Shown piece by piece: positions 35,485-49,314 of a stretch of 64,000 nucleotides of DNA (the first letter of the stretch is position 1; each line of letters opens with the position of its first letter). The position numbers were made by a program, and so were the translations under genes. The notes under the pieces are model-generated. The model was given only the letters and a program-made list of their open reading frames with translations, searched no databases and had not been told where the DNA came from. Source of the stretch: Podarcis vaucheri (lineage: Eukaryota); the NCBI GenBank assembly GCA_965113315.1, contig OZ220369.1. One strand, given 5' to 3'.

Positions 35485-37970
35485 TACTAGGCAGGTTTGC
35501 CTTCGAATCTGTGCAGAACTGAATCTTTCCCCCATCCTTAGCCGAGACACCTTCCTTGAAACTCAGCTTTTACATGACGCCCAGCCCCAGCCTGGCTCTT
35601 TTTCAGCCACCTCTCTCCCCCACCCCCTGCCACCGCCCCACAACTGCAGTCGAGGACAAGTCCAATTCCCTCTGGCCCAGTGTCTGATGACTCTGCAAAT
35701 AAAATAATGTATAAAAAAACACATTACCCCCGCGACTTTCCAGCTACACTAACGTTTTACGTCCAGGTGCCTCGGGGTTTTAATTGAATGTCAAACATAA
35801 TTTGAGGAAGGTAACGGAGAGTTCAAGCTACTGCCCTTCGAAAGCAATAGCGGCTCTGGCGATTGCAAATTTATCCACATGCTTGCCGCAGCAGAAGGCT
35901 GGGAGATTACTCTCCCCACACTCCACCCCACCCCGAAGATTTCTCCTTGCTGACACACGGCCCCAGCAGCTCAGCAGAGAAGGCAGAACTCCAAGCTGAG
36001 CTTTGGGGTTGAGCAGCTGAGATGAGTGAAGTATGGCTCCCCCACCACAGAAACATGTTACTTGTGTTCACTGCAGCCTGCCAAACAGCTTTTCAGGAGG
36101 CTGAGGAGAGTGCGAGTCACGGTAATGAATTTGGTGGCAAGTCAGGTGAGTGAGGTCAGGTCAGAGGGCAGGGGGGCAACCTGCAAAGGTCACAAGGCAC
36201 TCCTACACAGGCCACATTCAGCCCAACTCTGTTGTAAAGATCCCCGGGTTCATTTGATGTGATGTGATGTACTTTGAACACTCAACAGCACAACATAAAG
36301 GCCTCAAATAATAATTGTTGTGTTTTTTTCAAAAAAATTCAAATCAGCTAACAACTATCAGTCAAAAGCATGTTGGAAACTAAGGGAAGTGGCAAAACCA
36401 CAGCCACGCAGCTGCAACAAGTCACAAGCAGCCACCAGTTTATGCAATCAAAGAGTATGGATAAAAAGTAGGTGCTTATTGGGTCCGGCAAGCTTCCCTG
36501 GGGCTGGCACTCTGTACCAGATACACCACCATGTAAAGGAAGGCGTGTCAAGGAAGAAGAGGAGGAGCCACTTTCTTCAAGGTAAAAATGACTGTCAGTT
36601 ATCTCTTCATGGGATTCTTCACTAAAAGGTCTCAGGGCATGTCACAACCATATAAAAATACAGTAATTAGAAGCAGTTTAAAAGAAATAATGCCCCCATT
36701 TCTCAAAACACACGTTTCAAAATGTATTTTGCTATGTTTTATGAGTCAGGGGCTGTGTTGAAGCATATAGGAAGAGCAGAAAACCAGTGGGCAGCTAAGT
36801 TCTGATTGTCAGTTTAGTCCGGGAGATAAGGATCATATTGGTTTATATTAGAATCTGCAAAGATCAAATTCCCTCCCAGAAAGGAAGGGAAGTCATTTGA
36901 GAGACCCCACCTTGAGGGGGCTGGCACACTTAGGCCAGTGTGCAAGAGAGGGCTCCAGATCAGGCGGGGTGGAGTGTGGAGCTGGAGGAACAACCTTTTC
37001 CCAAGGGAATCGCTTCACAGGTGGTCATCCGCTGGACCAGAGAGAAAAGGTTTCATTCCACTTTCAGCTTGCGCTACCGTCTAACAAGCAAATGGCCTCA
37101 TTCAGCCTGGTTAATAGTCTGCTCGGGCTGAATTGCAGCTCCTTTATATTCCGGCTTGGAATAACAGGCACCTGGGCCATCATAGTCATGGGTAATTTGC
37201 CACGGGAAAAGGGGTCATTTTCCCTGCAAATTGTTTTCTATGTCTCTGCCAAGGCAGAGTGACAACAGGGCCTCCTCACACACTTCTGCCTCCTCACCAG
37301 CTCAGGGAGTGGAAGGTCAGCGGGGGAGAAGCAAGAGCGGCTCAGCTGAGGCAAAAGACTCGCTTAAGAAGCAGCACCTTCCAGCTCGGAAGATATCAGC
37401 ACTAGAGAGAGATGTTGCCCTCCTTCTCTCATAAGGTGTTAATTCAGGACCACAAAACACATCCGTAACACACAAAAATGAGATACTTCTTTCTGACACA
37501 GGACATAGTTAACTAATGGCACTGAAGTAGAGGTGGGGAAGTTTTTCCAATCTGAGGGCCACACACCATTGTGAGAACTTTCTGGGGAGGGGGCACATGC
37601 TAGTGGTGGGTGGGGCCAAAGGTACCTACAGATCCAGCCTCCAATACTCATGGAGCTGTCAAGAAAACACCCTTCAGCTCCTTCAGAAGAGGGATTCAAG
37701 CCATATTTACTTCTTTGGCACAGGAGCTCCCTGCTTGCCCTTATCCCATTCACACAACACACAAATACAGGATCTTTGCACAAGTCACAGGTCAAATGCT
37801 TAGCCCTTCCATAGGTATGTGCACAGGGTTTGCTGGGTGTGCCCTGGCACATCCTGTTCTAAAAACAGTAGATTGTGGCAAGGAGAAGAGGGTATGGACC
37901 AGGGAAGAGGTGGCTGGTGAGAGAGGAAGGCAAAAGGCACCATGGGGAGGGAAGCAGCCAGAGAGTTAAT

Positions 37971-38183
37971 GGCAGAATAAAAAACCTGGAATGGATCTGG
38001 AGTGGATCTGCAGCTTCTGCCTGTGTCCATTTCTGGAAGAAGTGGTGGGGTGATCGGCTCTAGCAGTAGCAGCAGTAAGGGAAAAGGAGGGGCTGCTGTT
38101 TCTGGAGCCAATCACCCCACCATCACTTCCAGAGATGGACATAGGCAGAAGCTGCAGGTCCATTCCGGTGTTTTTCCTCTGCC
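37971..38183. repeat. Long imperfect inverted repeat (hairpin; probably a MITE)
   Basis: 37999-38073 pairs with 38092-38166 at roughly 85% by eye, and pairing extends to 37971/38183. Confidence 0.85.
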
Positions 38184-38936
38184 TGTATCTGTCTCATGGC
38201 TGTCTCCATGTGAGGTCCACTATCACATTTTGTGGAGAGAGATGGGTGGGGATGTGGAGCTGCTTTTGTAGTGCATAAGCAAGGAGGAGGAGGAGGAGGA
38301 AGAGGAGGAAGAGATACCATCCTGGCCCTCCAGATCTGCCCTGCCTCTGGTTAGCTTGACACTGGTCTTTTTCTCTGGAGGAAAAATCTCGTTTTGACTT
38401 TTTGACCACTTATGTTGTGGTTGTTTTGTTAGCCTTTTGCCTTTTTACCTTTACCATTTTTTATTTTGTCCTTTTTTGAAATAAATTTTTAAAAAATATT
38501 CCCTGGATGTGCAACCCAACAAAATGTGCTGTGCATGTCTGTCAGCCCTTCCATAGTCTCCATACTTCAGTGTCCACACTTTCTTTTACACAATGCATCA
38601 CATGGCATGGTATAATAATAAAAAAAGACTTGAATGGTTGACTGGTCAAATATTGTTATGTTTTGCTCAAGTATTTTTTAAGAAAATATTTTTAAAGAAA
38701 TAGCATTATCACCAAACCCATTGCAAGGGGTAAATTCTTTTGCAAAATATGTCCCAACCCCATTTCAGCTCATCCCTGACACCAGTCATTAGTAGAATCA
38801 GTGAGTGATTCAAAATTATTTGAAGCACTCTGAACATACAAAGGGCAGAGACTTGCACAAGCGACCCTTTCTGTGACGTTTACTGCAGGACCCGTTTCCC
38901 CAATGCCTGAACCCCATACCATGCATCCACACTCAC

Positions 38937-39717
38937 CGTATTTAATCTCCGGAGAGTATACATCATTCGCATTCCCAGAATGCAATTCGGTCACACAGCA
39001 ATCACTGCTGCTGCTGCTGCTTGTCGAGGGTGGTGTCAGAGCATTGGAGAGCGTCTGGTTGGATTGGGGAGGAGCCGGGAGGGTCTGGGGGGTCTGGCAG
39101 GTGCAGCCGGTTTGTGAGAGGCCACAGGATTGGCTGGTGCCCAGGCGAAGGCACTCTTCGAGCCAGCGGCACAAGATGCTGCAGGTGAACTGGCTGGAGT
39201 TGTTGTTGTTGATCAGGAGGACTTCCACAAAGCGGAACTCCACGGCCTCAGGGGGCAGGAGCCGGGTGGCCGCTTCAGGCTCCTCAGCCAGGCACAGCTG
39301 CACAAAGTTCTTGTCAAAGTGGAAAAAGGTGAAGGGGCCCCCTCCCTGGCACAGCTCCAACCTGACCTCCCCTCCGTCTTCCTCCTCTTCCTCCCGGGTT
39401 GAGGCTGTCACTTCTGGCTGGCTGCAGGTGTCGTTGGAGAGGTAATGGTCCAGTGGCAGCACCATGGGCGAGTAGTGGGTGCAGACCTGCTCCTCCCGGT
39501 TGAACCTGAGGTACAAGGAGTACTTGGTGGGGTCGGGGTTCTCCAGGGTCCACGAGCAGCCAGTGGAAACAGTGGGGAAGAGGTCCTTCAGTGAGAAGGA
39601 GCCGTAGAGAACCCCGGAGGCCAAGGCGGAGCAGGCGCTGGGAGCTGGGTCAAAGCCCCGGGACAGCCACAGGAGACACGATATCACAGACAGTAAGAGT
39701 GGTCCAGCAGGGTTCAT
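38937..39717 (-). CDS. ADGRB2: ADGRB2 (BAI2) first coding exon: signal peptide plus N-terminal domain. The exon proper is 38937-39732.
   Basis: Translation [74 protein letters not shown]...[17 protein letters not shown]...[18 protein letters not shown] matches the recalled BAI2 N-terminus. Acceptor ttcttttaag|GGC at 39733/39732; donor TACG|gtgagt at 38937/38936 (phase 1). Confidence 0.96.
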
Positions 39718-39955
39718 CCTATGACATTTGCCCTTAAAAGAAGAAAAAGAAGAGTTTAACTGGGGGAAGAGTCTTAACCCTGGAATCTATTTTCAAAGTT
39801 GCAAGTCTAGGGTTGTTCAAATCTGACAATTTTGGTTTCTTCCGCTTAGCAATTTTCCAGTTCATTTCTCCACATTTTCATACCAGTTTGCAGATTGTCT
39901 TTTTTAATGTTCTTATGGAAATTTGGCAGCATTTTGCTGCCGATTTCTCCTAATA

Positions 39956-40180
39956 CACTGGTACCTCGGGTAACATACACTTCAGGTTACAGACTCCGCT
40001 AACCCAGAAATAGTACCTCAAGTTGAGAACTTTGCTTCAGGATGAGAACAGAAATTGTGCTCCAGCGGTGCAGCGGCAGCAGGAGCCCCATTAGCTAAAG
40101 TGGTGCTTCAGGTTAAGAACAGTTTCAGGTTAAGAACGGACCTCCGGAATGATTTAAGTACTTAACCCGAGGTACGACTG
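39956..40180 (+). mobile_element. Tc1/mariner (Tigger-like) MITE
   Basis: Same family with TA flanks, nested in an older AT-rich repeat. Confidence 0.88.
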
Positions 40181-43100
40181 TATACATGCCCTTCTTTGTA
40201 GTTTGGCCTTATATACACATTTTTGCAAATAAAATTTCACTTATATAATGCATTTGTGGTATGTTATTTTCACATGCATTTTAATGCACACTTGCATATG
40301 CAATTTCATACACATTGAGTGGCTAGAGAACCACATTGAAAAAATCAAAAAAAGCATGAATTTTGAAGGGTTGCTATGTTTCAGAGAATTTGAATTAGAC
40401 AGGGTTGCCCATAAATTCGCAGTGAATGGAATTTATCTCCCATCCCAAGGCCTGCAACCCAGCCCTGAAACACAGGAAGCTGAAGGTGCAAAAGGGGGCT
40501 AGAGCTGAAAAATAATGGTCAGGGGTGGGCTGTGCTTTCTGCTAACCCTGGAGCCACAGCAACTGGCAGGCTGTCCTTAGAGGGGGGAAATCCCAACTCT
40601 GGAGAAAGGCTGTGGCTTTGGGGCAAGCTGGAGCCTCGCTGTCTGAAATGTAACAATGGACAGAATTGTCAATTTTGGTTCTTCTTGGCTTGCCATTTTA
40701 CCAAGCTTAGGTTCAGGTTGCCCAATACGTACATCTGTATGCAATTTTTATTTTTAAAATTCTGCACAAAAATGTGGACATGCTTTGCATGCATTCCTTC
40801 CCGCATACATATTTTTGTACACAACTATTGCACAATACTTATACCGTAATTATTATTAATTGATTCCTAGGCCACATAATGCCCAGACGGTTTCTAAGCA
40901 GTTTAACAAGACATAAATACTGATTGCACAACGTTGTTAAAATACAGAAGAATTGAAAACGCATTAAGATATTACTATAAAACTGATCATTATTAAAATG
41001 TGTGATAAAACAGCCCCATTAAAGCAACACATAGGGGCACTGTGGCTATTGGCACTTTTTCTGTTTGTTTGAGGGGTGTGCATTTTGAAGGGCAGTGGTG
41101 TTTTGCTTTGTGTTTTGGCTTGGGAAGTGCAAATAAGGCATAATTGCATTAAATGTGAACAAAATGAATTCTCCCCATCCCTCCAGGAATGCAAGGAGCA
41201 GGTAGAAAGACCTGAATGTGCCAGCAAGAGCAGGGTCCCCCCCACTCCATCCCTGCCATATTCAGATATCCAACTCTGTCTCCCTCCAAGCTGACTCTGT
41301 GTAAAGTCTTGCTGGGCCTAAAATAACAGCATCTTTAGTTCATCATTATTATTGATGAAAAAACCTCTAAGCATTGCAAAGTGCATTTTGCTCACAGCTG
41401 AGTAACAGAAACCAAACGTCTGCCTCCTTCAAGCCCCATCCCCCAAACACACACACAAATGTATATTGGAACCACATTTCACACTCACCCCCCATGTATT
41501 TTTACACTGCAAAAACGGTAAATGCACCCCACCCTCTGAGATGGCTGCCTGTTGTTTCTCTGTACAAGCCTCTTTCTCAGCTTGCCTCTTTCTGGTCAGG
41601 AAATATGACTTTTGCAGAGATAGCAAGGAATTTGTCCCTGGATGCTTTGAATTGGGGGGGGGCTGCCTATGACTAATTGTTGAGCTATCATAGGGTTGCC
41701 ATATTTGAAAAAGTGAAAATTCCGGACACAAAAGTTGTTGAGCTGCTTAAGGGGGCTGAATATCGGCTATGTCCAGAAAATTCCAGATATATGACAACCC
41801 TAATATTATCACATAATGATACGTTATGTGGTACTGCCCTTCTGAGGACTGTGCCACTTCAGAAAGCAAGTGAGTGACAGCATGACTGCATACTCTCCAC
41901 GGAAGGGGTGAGGGGTACTCAGAAAACTAACATGGCAAAAACAACATGAGGCTAGCTTCTTTCTCCCTGATTTCCTTTAGGGAATGTTTGACTGGGGGAG
42001 GGGGAGAATGACACACATGAAATGCTCCACATCCACCTCCATCTTCAAGAGGTACAATCCCAGGAGGTACAATCCCACATGATATTGTCTTCTAGCTGTG
42101 GATCAACCCAATTCCTTGCTAGAGTTTCCTTCTTTGTGGTTAAAGGAAGTACGACTTTGCTACCTGCCCAAATGTGTATCACAGCAATCACCTCCTTCCT
42201 TGCCACTGCTCCAGCATCAAAACTGAAGCATGAAGGAGGTCAGTGTGATCTGAAAAGCATGCAAGCCTAGGCTTCTAAACATCAGTTAGCCAAACTGCAG
42301 AGACCATAACATAGTTTCTCAAGGTTTGGGGAGTGTCGTCTCTTCTGTACAGAGGAACAACCCATTTACACTCACCCTCTAGAATTCTCTTCTCTTCTCT
42401 CCCCCACCCCACCCCCTTGCCGCATTTTCGTTTTAATCTACCAAGCCGTTAAGTGCGAACAAGCTGGCCACGGGTAAGTGCTGTTTATAGAGTCATAAAG
42501 AGCCAGACCTCAGCCTCATAAACCCTGCAGGATGTGGAGTCGGGAAGCTGAGAGGTTTCCCAATCCAGGGAGGGAATGGAAACCCAGCAGAATTCCCAAC
42601 AGCAGAATGGCTGTTGAAAGAAGCAATTCCAGTGCCAGGGCACCAGCATAAAATCATTTTTCAGGAGGAAGCACCAGAGTTGCTTTAAATGTCTGGATAC
42701 CCAGCTCCTCTGATTTTTCTGCCCCGAGAGTCCGTGTGCAAAGTCCATCAGCTAAAGAACAAAAGAATAGCCTGCTGGATCAGGCCAAACCATCTAGTCC
42801 AGCATCCAGTTCTCACAGTGGCCAACCAGACGACTATGGGAAGCCCACAAATAGGACCCAACACAAGAGTGCTCTCCTCCAATGGTTTCCAGCAAACAGG
42901 TTTTCAGAAGCATTCCTGTCTTCAGCCATGGATGCAGAAGATAGCAATCATGGCTAGTATCTGTTGATGGCCTACTTCTCCATGAATTTGTCTAAAAGTT
43001 GGTAGCCTTCACTGCCTCCTGTGGGAGAGAGTTCCATAGTTCAACTATGTTCTGAATAAAAAAGAACTTTCTTTAATTTGTCCTGAAACTTTTCTTTCTC

Positions 43101-43733
43101 CAAGCCATGTACTTCTCCCATGTCACCTCTCACTTGCCTTGCTCCTCCGAAGAGGGCATGGGGCTCAAGTTCAGCAATTCCATCATCTAGGGCCACAACT
43201 CATGCTGCCCCCTGTGCAGACACAAAATGAGAGCCAGGCTAGAGTTGCCTCTTCACCCCAAGAAAGATAAAAGGTGAAATCTGCAGGGTCTGCAACTGCA
43301 AATTGTGGGAACTGCAAAATTATGGGAAATTCTGGAAGGGAGGGGAAGGGGGAAAAGAAAAAAAGAATTAATTCCAATGAGGAAGAGATGAATTGCATAC
43401 ATTTCACCAAGACACAATACAGGCTTCTCACCTTTTAACTGTAATGGAAGATGCATGCATGCAAAAATTATCACTTGAAATTATGGAACTTGTGTGGTGT
43501 GATTGAGGCAGAGCATTGTGCATGGGGTGGTGGTAGGGGCAGCAGAGTCTAGGGAGGCAGAGAGGGCAACCCCTACGCCCAAAAGAAGCAGGGAGAGTTG
43601 CAAGGAGAGCCAGGCCTATGGAATCCTGAACCCATATCTCAAACCAGAATGATTCATTTGCCAAACAGATTATTGGCCTGACTAGAAAGCCTGGCTCAGC
43701 TTAACACACCCAGACACCAACACGCAGCCCCTT

Positions 43734-43870
43734 TTAGCTCAGCCAGTAGAGCGTGTGACTCTTAAACTGAGGATCATGAGTTTGAGTCCAAGATAGGGCA
43801 AAAAGATTCTTGCATTGCAGGGGATGGACTAGATGCCCCTCATAGTCCCTTGTAGCTCCACAATTCTATG
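43734..43870 (+). mobile_element. tRNA-derived SINE with CR1-like tail
   Basis: tagctcagccagtagagc...gactcttaa (tRNA-Lys-like head) followed by a gcattgcagggg...ggactagatg...acaattctatg tail shared with the CR1 ends. Confidence 0.65.
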
Positions 43871-46800
43871 GTGTCTACATTTGCATCTATGCATACACAT
43901 GCACATCTTTGGGCCACACTGTGCTTGGGATATCACACAGGTTAGCCCAGCCTCTGCCTCAGTTGGCCTTACAAGCCACTCCAGTAAGTCTGCTACAAAT
44001 CGAATCCAGTATTGTGTCCAGACATGAAGGGCTCCAGCTCTGTATTTATTGTTTTATTTGTTTTATTGCCTTTATACCCCACCTTTCAACCGAAGAGCTC
44101 AAAGAGCACGGTTCTCTTCAACCTATTTTATACTCACAACAACCCCATGAGAGCCAGACTAGACTTGAGAGACTGTGAATGGCCCAAGGTTACACAGTGA
44201 ACTTCATGGCTGAGCAGGGATTCAAACTCCCAAGTCTTATTTTTATTGTTTTTTATTTTTTCCAAATCCTTTATTATTTTATTCACATAACATACATTCT
44301 TTATAGCAAACAACTCCAAAATAAGCAGACAACCCCAAAATAAAATCATATGTAACAAAACCATAAGTCTCATGTTTTCATTTACACTGATCTCCTCTCC
44401 GATACTTGATATTTACTTGATATTTCTTGCTTTCTGCTTTCCTTATAGAATCTTTATAAAAATTTAAATCTCTTAAATCCTATACCAATCTTTAACAATT
44501 TCAATTAATCCCTTCACCTCCCTCCCCCACATCCCAGTACTTCTTTTCACCCGTGTGTGAACTCCCAAGTCTTAGTCCTACATTGAAACCACTGCACCAC
44601 ACTACTTTCTTTCCTCACCACTCAACCCACCCAATCAAAATAGCCCCCAAAGCAGGATTGAACCAGAGGCTCTGGCAGTCCACTGTCTCTGCGGAGCCCT
44701 CAGCTCCCCAACAAACTGTCACACTCAGCCGGCACCTGCTATGTTGCTACTAGGCAGTGGCGAGCAGAAATAGCCCGGGGAGCGTGAAAGAGGGTGTATC
44801 CTGCACACAGGAGCCCCACAGAAACAGAAGCACCTCTCCTTCTAAATTTAGAGCCTGAAAGGTAGTTCCTGACACTGAGACAAATGAGCTGCTGTCAAGG
44901 AGGCAGCCACGTTGAAAAATGTGCATGCAAGCATGAGAAATAAGCAGTGTGGGAGCAGAGCAGACCTCCCTTGCCTAGCTTAGATGGCCTTCAGGGGGAT
45001 GGAGGCGAAGTCAGAGCAGGGCTGGGGTACCTGAGGCCCTTCCAGATGTTGTTGGATTCCGACTCCCAGGACAGCCAGTGGACAGTGATGCTGGGAGTTG
45101 GAGCCCAACAACATCCAGAGAGCCAGACTCCCCATCCTTGAATTAGGGAGAAAGAGAGCCAAGGAGCATAGGTCTATTAATGACTATCAGTCATGATGAG
45201 AAGTCAATAGAACTTCCATGATCCAAGGCAGTCTGCTTCTAAATACTGACTGCTAGGGAGAAAACAACAAGAAAGGACTTTTTTCTTCATGGTCTTCTTG
45301 GGGCATCTCGAGTAAGTTGTCAGCAGCCAAAAGGGCTTTGTGGCCAGATCCAACAGGGCTTTTATTTTGTTCTAGTGCTATGAAGATGGGCCCATCAACA
45401 GGACTTGAGCAGAAGGTTATTGGTTCTCGGGTCCAACTTGGTTTTGAATGACTAATGCCAGCTTTTAAAACATTGAATAATAAGGGAAATGAAGTAATTG
45501 TGAAACACAGAGTGTCTCCAAGCATGTCCATGGAGCCTGTTCCCTTATGGATTAGGGGAACCATAGCCAGACCTTTTGGGCTGCTGGGGAGATGAAGTGG
45601 TGTGCGTGGAAGGCCCAATTCACCACCCCTCAATGTGGTTCCAAAATTATTCCTCCCACCACATTCCTCTCTGGATTGGTCATTGTGGAACCTGGCAACA
45701 CATCAAAGAAAGGTGGATTTGTCCAGGATCTGATTCCCTAAACTAAGCTCCTTAGGAAGAGACTGTGGTGCTTGTGTTCTTGGAGGAAAAACCATCACAC
45801 TGCTGGCAATGGAACAGATGTGAAATAGCAGCACAGGCTGCCATTGTGTAACCATTCACATAGCAATCGTACATCTTACATTCCGAGCCTGCTGCAAACT
45901 TGCCCTGCCTTGCTCCACATCTTCAAGCACTGACTTTGAATTTTAGATATGTGTCAACAGGGAATTATAAATGTTAAGGGTTGTGATAGAGATTTCCCCT
46001 TGCTATGCCACCTGTTCCTGCTAAGCATGTAGAGAGAGAGATTTTTCTTCTGTGGTCACATCCTGGTCCACCCCTCAACCGGATTTCTCTCTATAGACAC
46101 AAATTAATGGCTGCATCTTGGTTCAAGGACAGGAGCAAGGGGATCACTTCTCCTTTATTGGTCAGGCAGTCTAATTAATCCTTGGAGGGTCTTTTAACGA
46201 ACACCTTGACTTCAGCTCAGGGGTCAATGGAGCTGTGGCAGGCTTGTTACCCTGAGCTGTGTGCTTCCACACAATTAATAAGACACAACAGCACAGTAAA
46301 CAACAACTTGCTGTCGCAGGAGGCAGTGATGGCCACCAACTTGGGTGGCTTTAAAAAAGGAGAGGACAAATTCATCCATGGCTACTAGCCATGTTGGCTA
46401 TGCTCTGTCTCTACAGTCAGAGGCAGTAAATACTTCTGAATACCAGCTGCAGGAAACCACAGAAGGGGAGTGGCTCATGTCCTCAAATCCTGCTTGCTGG
46501 TTTCCCACAGGCATCTGGTTGGCCACTGTGAGAACAGGATGCTGGACTTGGTGGGCCACTGGCCTGATTCAGCATGTTCTCCTAATCAAATAAGAATCAA
46601 TACATCTAGAACTGGGGTGAAAGGCCTCTGTCCTGAATGCAGCCTTATAGCCGCCATGGGTCTCCACAGGCCATTGGGAAAAGGCCATAGCTTCATGGCA
46701 AAGCACATGCTTAGCATGCAGAAGTTATCAGATTCTTGGTGCCTCAAAGTACTGATGGGAAGGACTCCTGCTTGACACCCTGGAGAGCTTGATGGACCAA

Positions 46801-46926
46801 TAGCCTGACTTGGTGGAGAACAGCTTCTTGTGGTCCTATGCCCACTCGTCCAGGCTGTCACCCTCACTGGCCCTGCTCCAAGTCCTCTTTGAGCACTTTT
46901 GCCTGGTGAGGATTTGTCCTTGACCC

Positions 46927-47510
46927 TGTCATGATGCCTGCTTGGAAGAAGAGAAGATGCTGAATGTGGGATGTGATCCATGAGAGGCAGTCAAATACAA
47001 CATTCCTTGTAATGCTAGAAAAGACATGAGAGGGAAAGTTTGGTCCAGCCAGTTGAAACTTCCTGTTCCTCCTGGCTGGAGCCTCCTTCCTTTTGTATGT
47101 GATAGAAGGTGGGCATGACCTAACCTGTCCAGGTAACAAAAGAACGAGTCATGCAGCACCTCCTCTTTCTTTTTGACTTTCTTCTTTGTTTGAGCAGTTT
47201 TTAGCTAGAACTGCTCTGTTAGCTCTCAGCTAGCAGAAGCACTGGGATTATTCCCCCATATGGGGTAGATCCACATGTACATATTTGTAATTAAGTCTGC
47301 TTTCAGGGATCCAACTGTGAACTGATGTAAGTAAACTTCTTTTATTGATTTTGAATATGATTGTGGCATCTTTATTCTTTTAAGAGGGATTCAAGGGAAC
47401 TTACCAGGAACATACAATTCAATCTGAGACAGACTGAATTGTATAGTAGTGAGAGGCTCACACGAGCCTGCAACCAGTTATCTGCTGTGCATGTAAAAAG
47501 GGGGATGTAA
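46927..47510 (+). mobile_element. Possible solo LTR
   Basis: Starts TGTCATGA and has LTR-like composition. Boundaries are approximate. Confidence 0.35.
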
Positions 47511-48973
47511 CTCTGCTAAGTAAAGTAACTTACTAGCACAAGTTAGGAAGGATATTAATAAACAATATATCCTCTCCTGCCACCCTGAACATTCCCACAC
47601 TGAATTGGACAGTGTGATGGGGTAGAGGGGCTTACCTGACTTTTTACCAGGAAAGGCACTACGAGGCTGATGCAGTGCAAATGCACTGGTGCACCAATCA
47701 GGCACTTCTGCTGGTGTGTTGGAACTGTGCACCCCTCCTCACTGACTCACCCTCCTCTCTCCTGCTAATCAGCAGCAACTCAACGTCTGGGAGGTCAGGT
47801 AAGTGTCTCCGCCCCACCATGCCATCGACTACTAGATGTACATATATTGAAAATACTGGTTGTTGCATGACTGGGATGTAGCCTACTCTAGAAAGGAAAG
47901 AGCCTCATCTATTGCTGTGCTTACTTTTGTCTCTGGCACTGCCCATTGCTGGCATGCACCCCTCAGGAAAAGTGCATGCTGCCCTCAGCATGAAAAAAGG
48001 TTTCTCACCCCAGATCTTGAGCCAGAGACCAAAATTTGTGGTGGATATGGAATGTCTGTGGGTTGCAGAAGATTCTGGGAAGTGCTTGAGGTGGCACCCT
48101 CTGCTCACAGGGGATATTGGCCAGTGCAGTGCCACTGTTCTGAGTGAGCAGGGAGTGTGCTGTGAATATTGCCAGAGATACTGTGTGCTGCTATGGGAGA
48201 TTGGCAGCAGCACATAAACCGTCTTCCAGGGAAGTTCGTCCGCCATTACTGATCCTCTCCTTGAGGAACCCTTGATAAATTTCTGAGGAACTGTCAGGCT
48301 CCCTGGAGCGTCATCTGAAAAATCACCACCTTCTGCCAAGAACTTTCAGTTGTCATTTTTTTACAAAGCACTTTATATCCTAGCAAATGGAGTAAACTAT
48401 TTCCCAAAGGCATTCGGAAGGAAGGTTTACGGACGTTCTTACTTCTGCCTTTTGAGCATGCTGTTACATGGAATGCAGCCCTGTTGTGACACAATGCTTC
48501 TTGTAATTGTATTTAAATTCATTCTAATTTCCATATGAATGCTCAGGTGTACTCCGAATGCAAAGCTGTTGTCAGGGAAATAAAACATACAGCAGCACTC
48601 CACATTTCCCCCTGCTCTCCCAATATATGCACAGCTGGTTCCCAACTTTACACCAAGCATCATGAATGGAAAAGAACCCAGAATATGGCTGTGCAGATGA
48701 AGAGGCGGAGCTTTAGTGATGCTCACAGTGTCAATCATAAATGACCAAGAGAGGGGGATCACCAGGGACTGGAAGCTAGTTTAATTTTGCCAGAAAAACC
48801 CTGGCATTTGACTGTGTCAGACTCATTGGCATTTCTCGAGTATGGTGGCCCTGTCAAATATGAAATCTCTGAAGCCTTAAATTGTTACTACTAAAAATGA
48901 TCACATGCCCGTCATTGAATACCATGGACTCTTGAAAGCCACTGACTGTCAGCCCTTCAGTACTGTCAAATGT

Positions 48974-49314
48974 TAAAGGTAAAGGTAAAAGGGACCCCTG
49001 ACCATTAGGTCCAGTCGTGGCCGACTCTGGGGTTGTGGCGCTCATCTCACTTTATTGGCCAAGGGAGCCGGCGTACAGCTTCCAGGTCATGTGGCCAGCA
49101 TGACTAAGCCGCTTCTGGCAAACCAGAGCAGCGCATGGAAACGCCGTTTACCTTCCCGCTGGAGCAGTACCTATTTATCTACTTGCACTTTGACGTGCTT
49201 TTGAACTGCTAGGTTGGCAGGAGCGGGGACCGAGCAACGGGAGCTCACCCCATCGCGGGGATTCAAACTGCCGAGCTTCTGATCAGCAAGTCCTAGGCTC
49301 TGTGGTTTAACCCA
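48974..49314 (-). mobile_element. Sauria SINE
   Basis: (AAAGGT)n tail on the + strand and high identity to 13801-14146. Confidence 0.9.

Noticed and set aside
38770-38936. ORF-track extension of the first coding exon ([10 protein letters not shown]...WCQG)
   Set aside because: It is read-through past a perfect gtgagt donor, and BAI2 similarity stops exactly at the donor. There is no evidence for intron retention.
38873-39445. 190-aa + strand ORF, and similar ORFs at 663-1172 and 11384-11806
   Set aside because: Antisense shadows of GC-rich ADGRB2 exons with no independent protein features.
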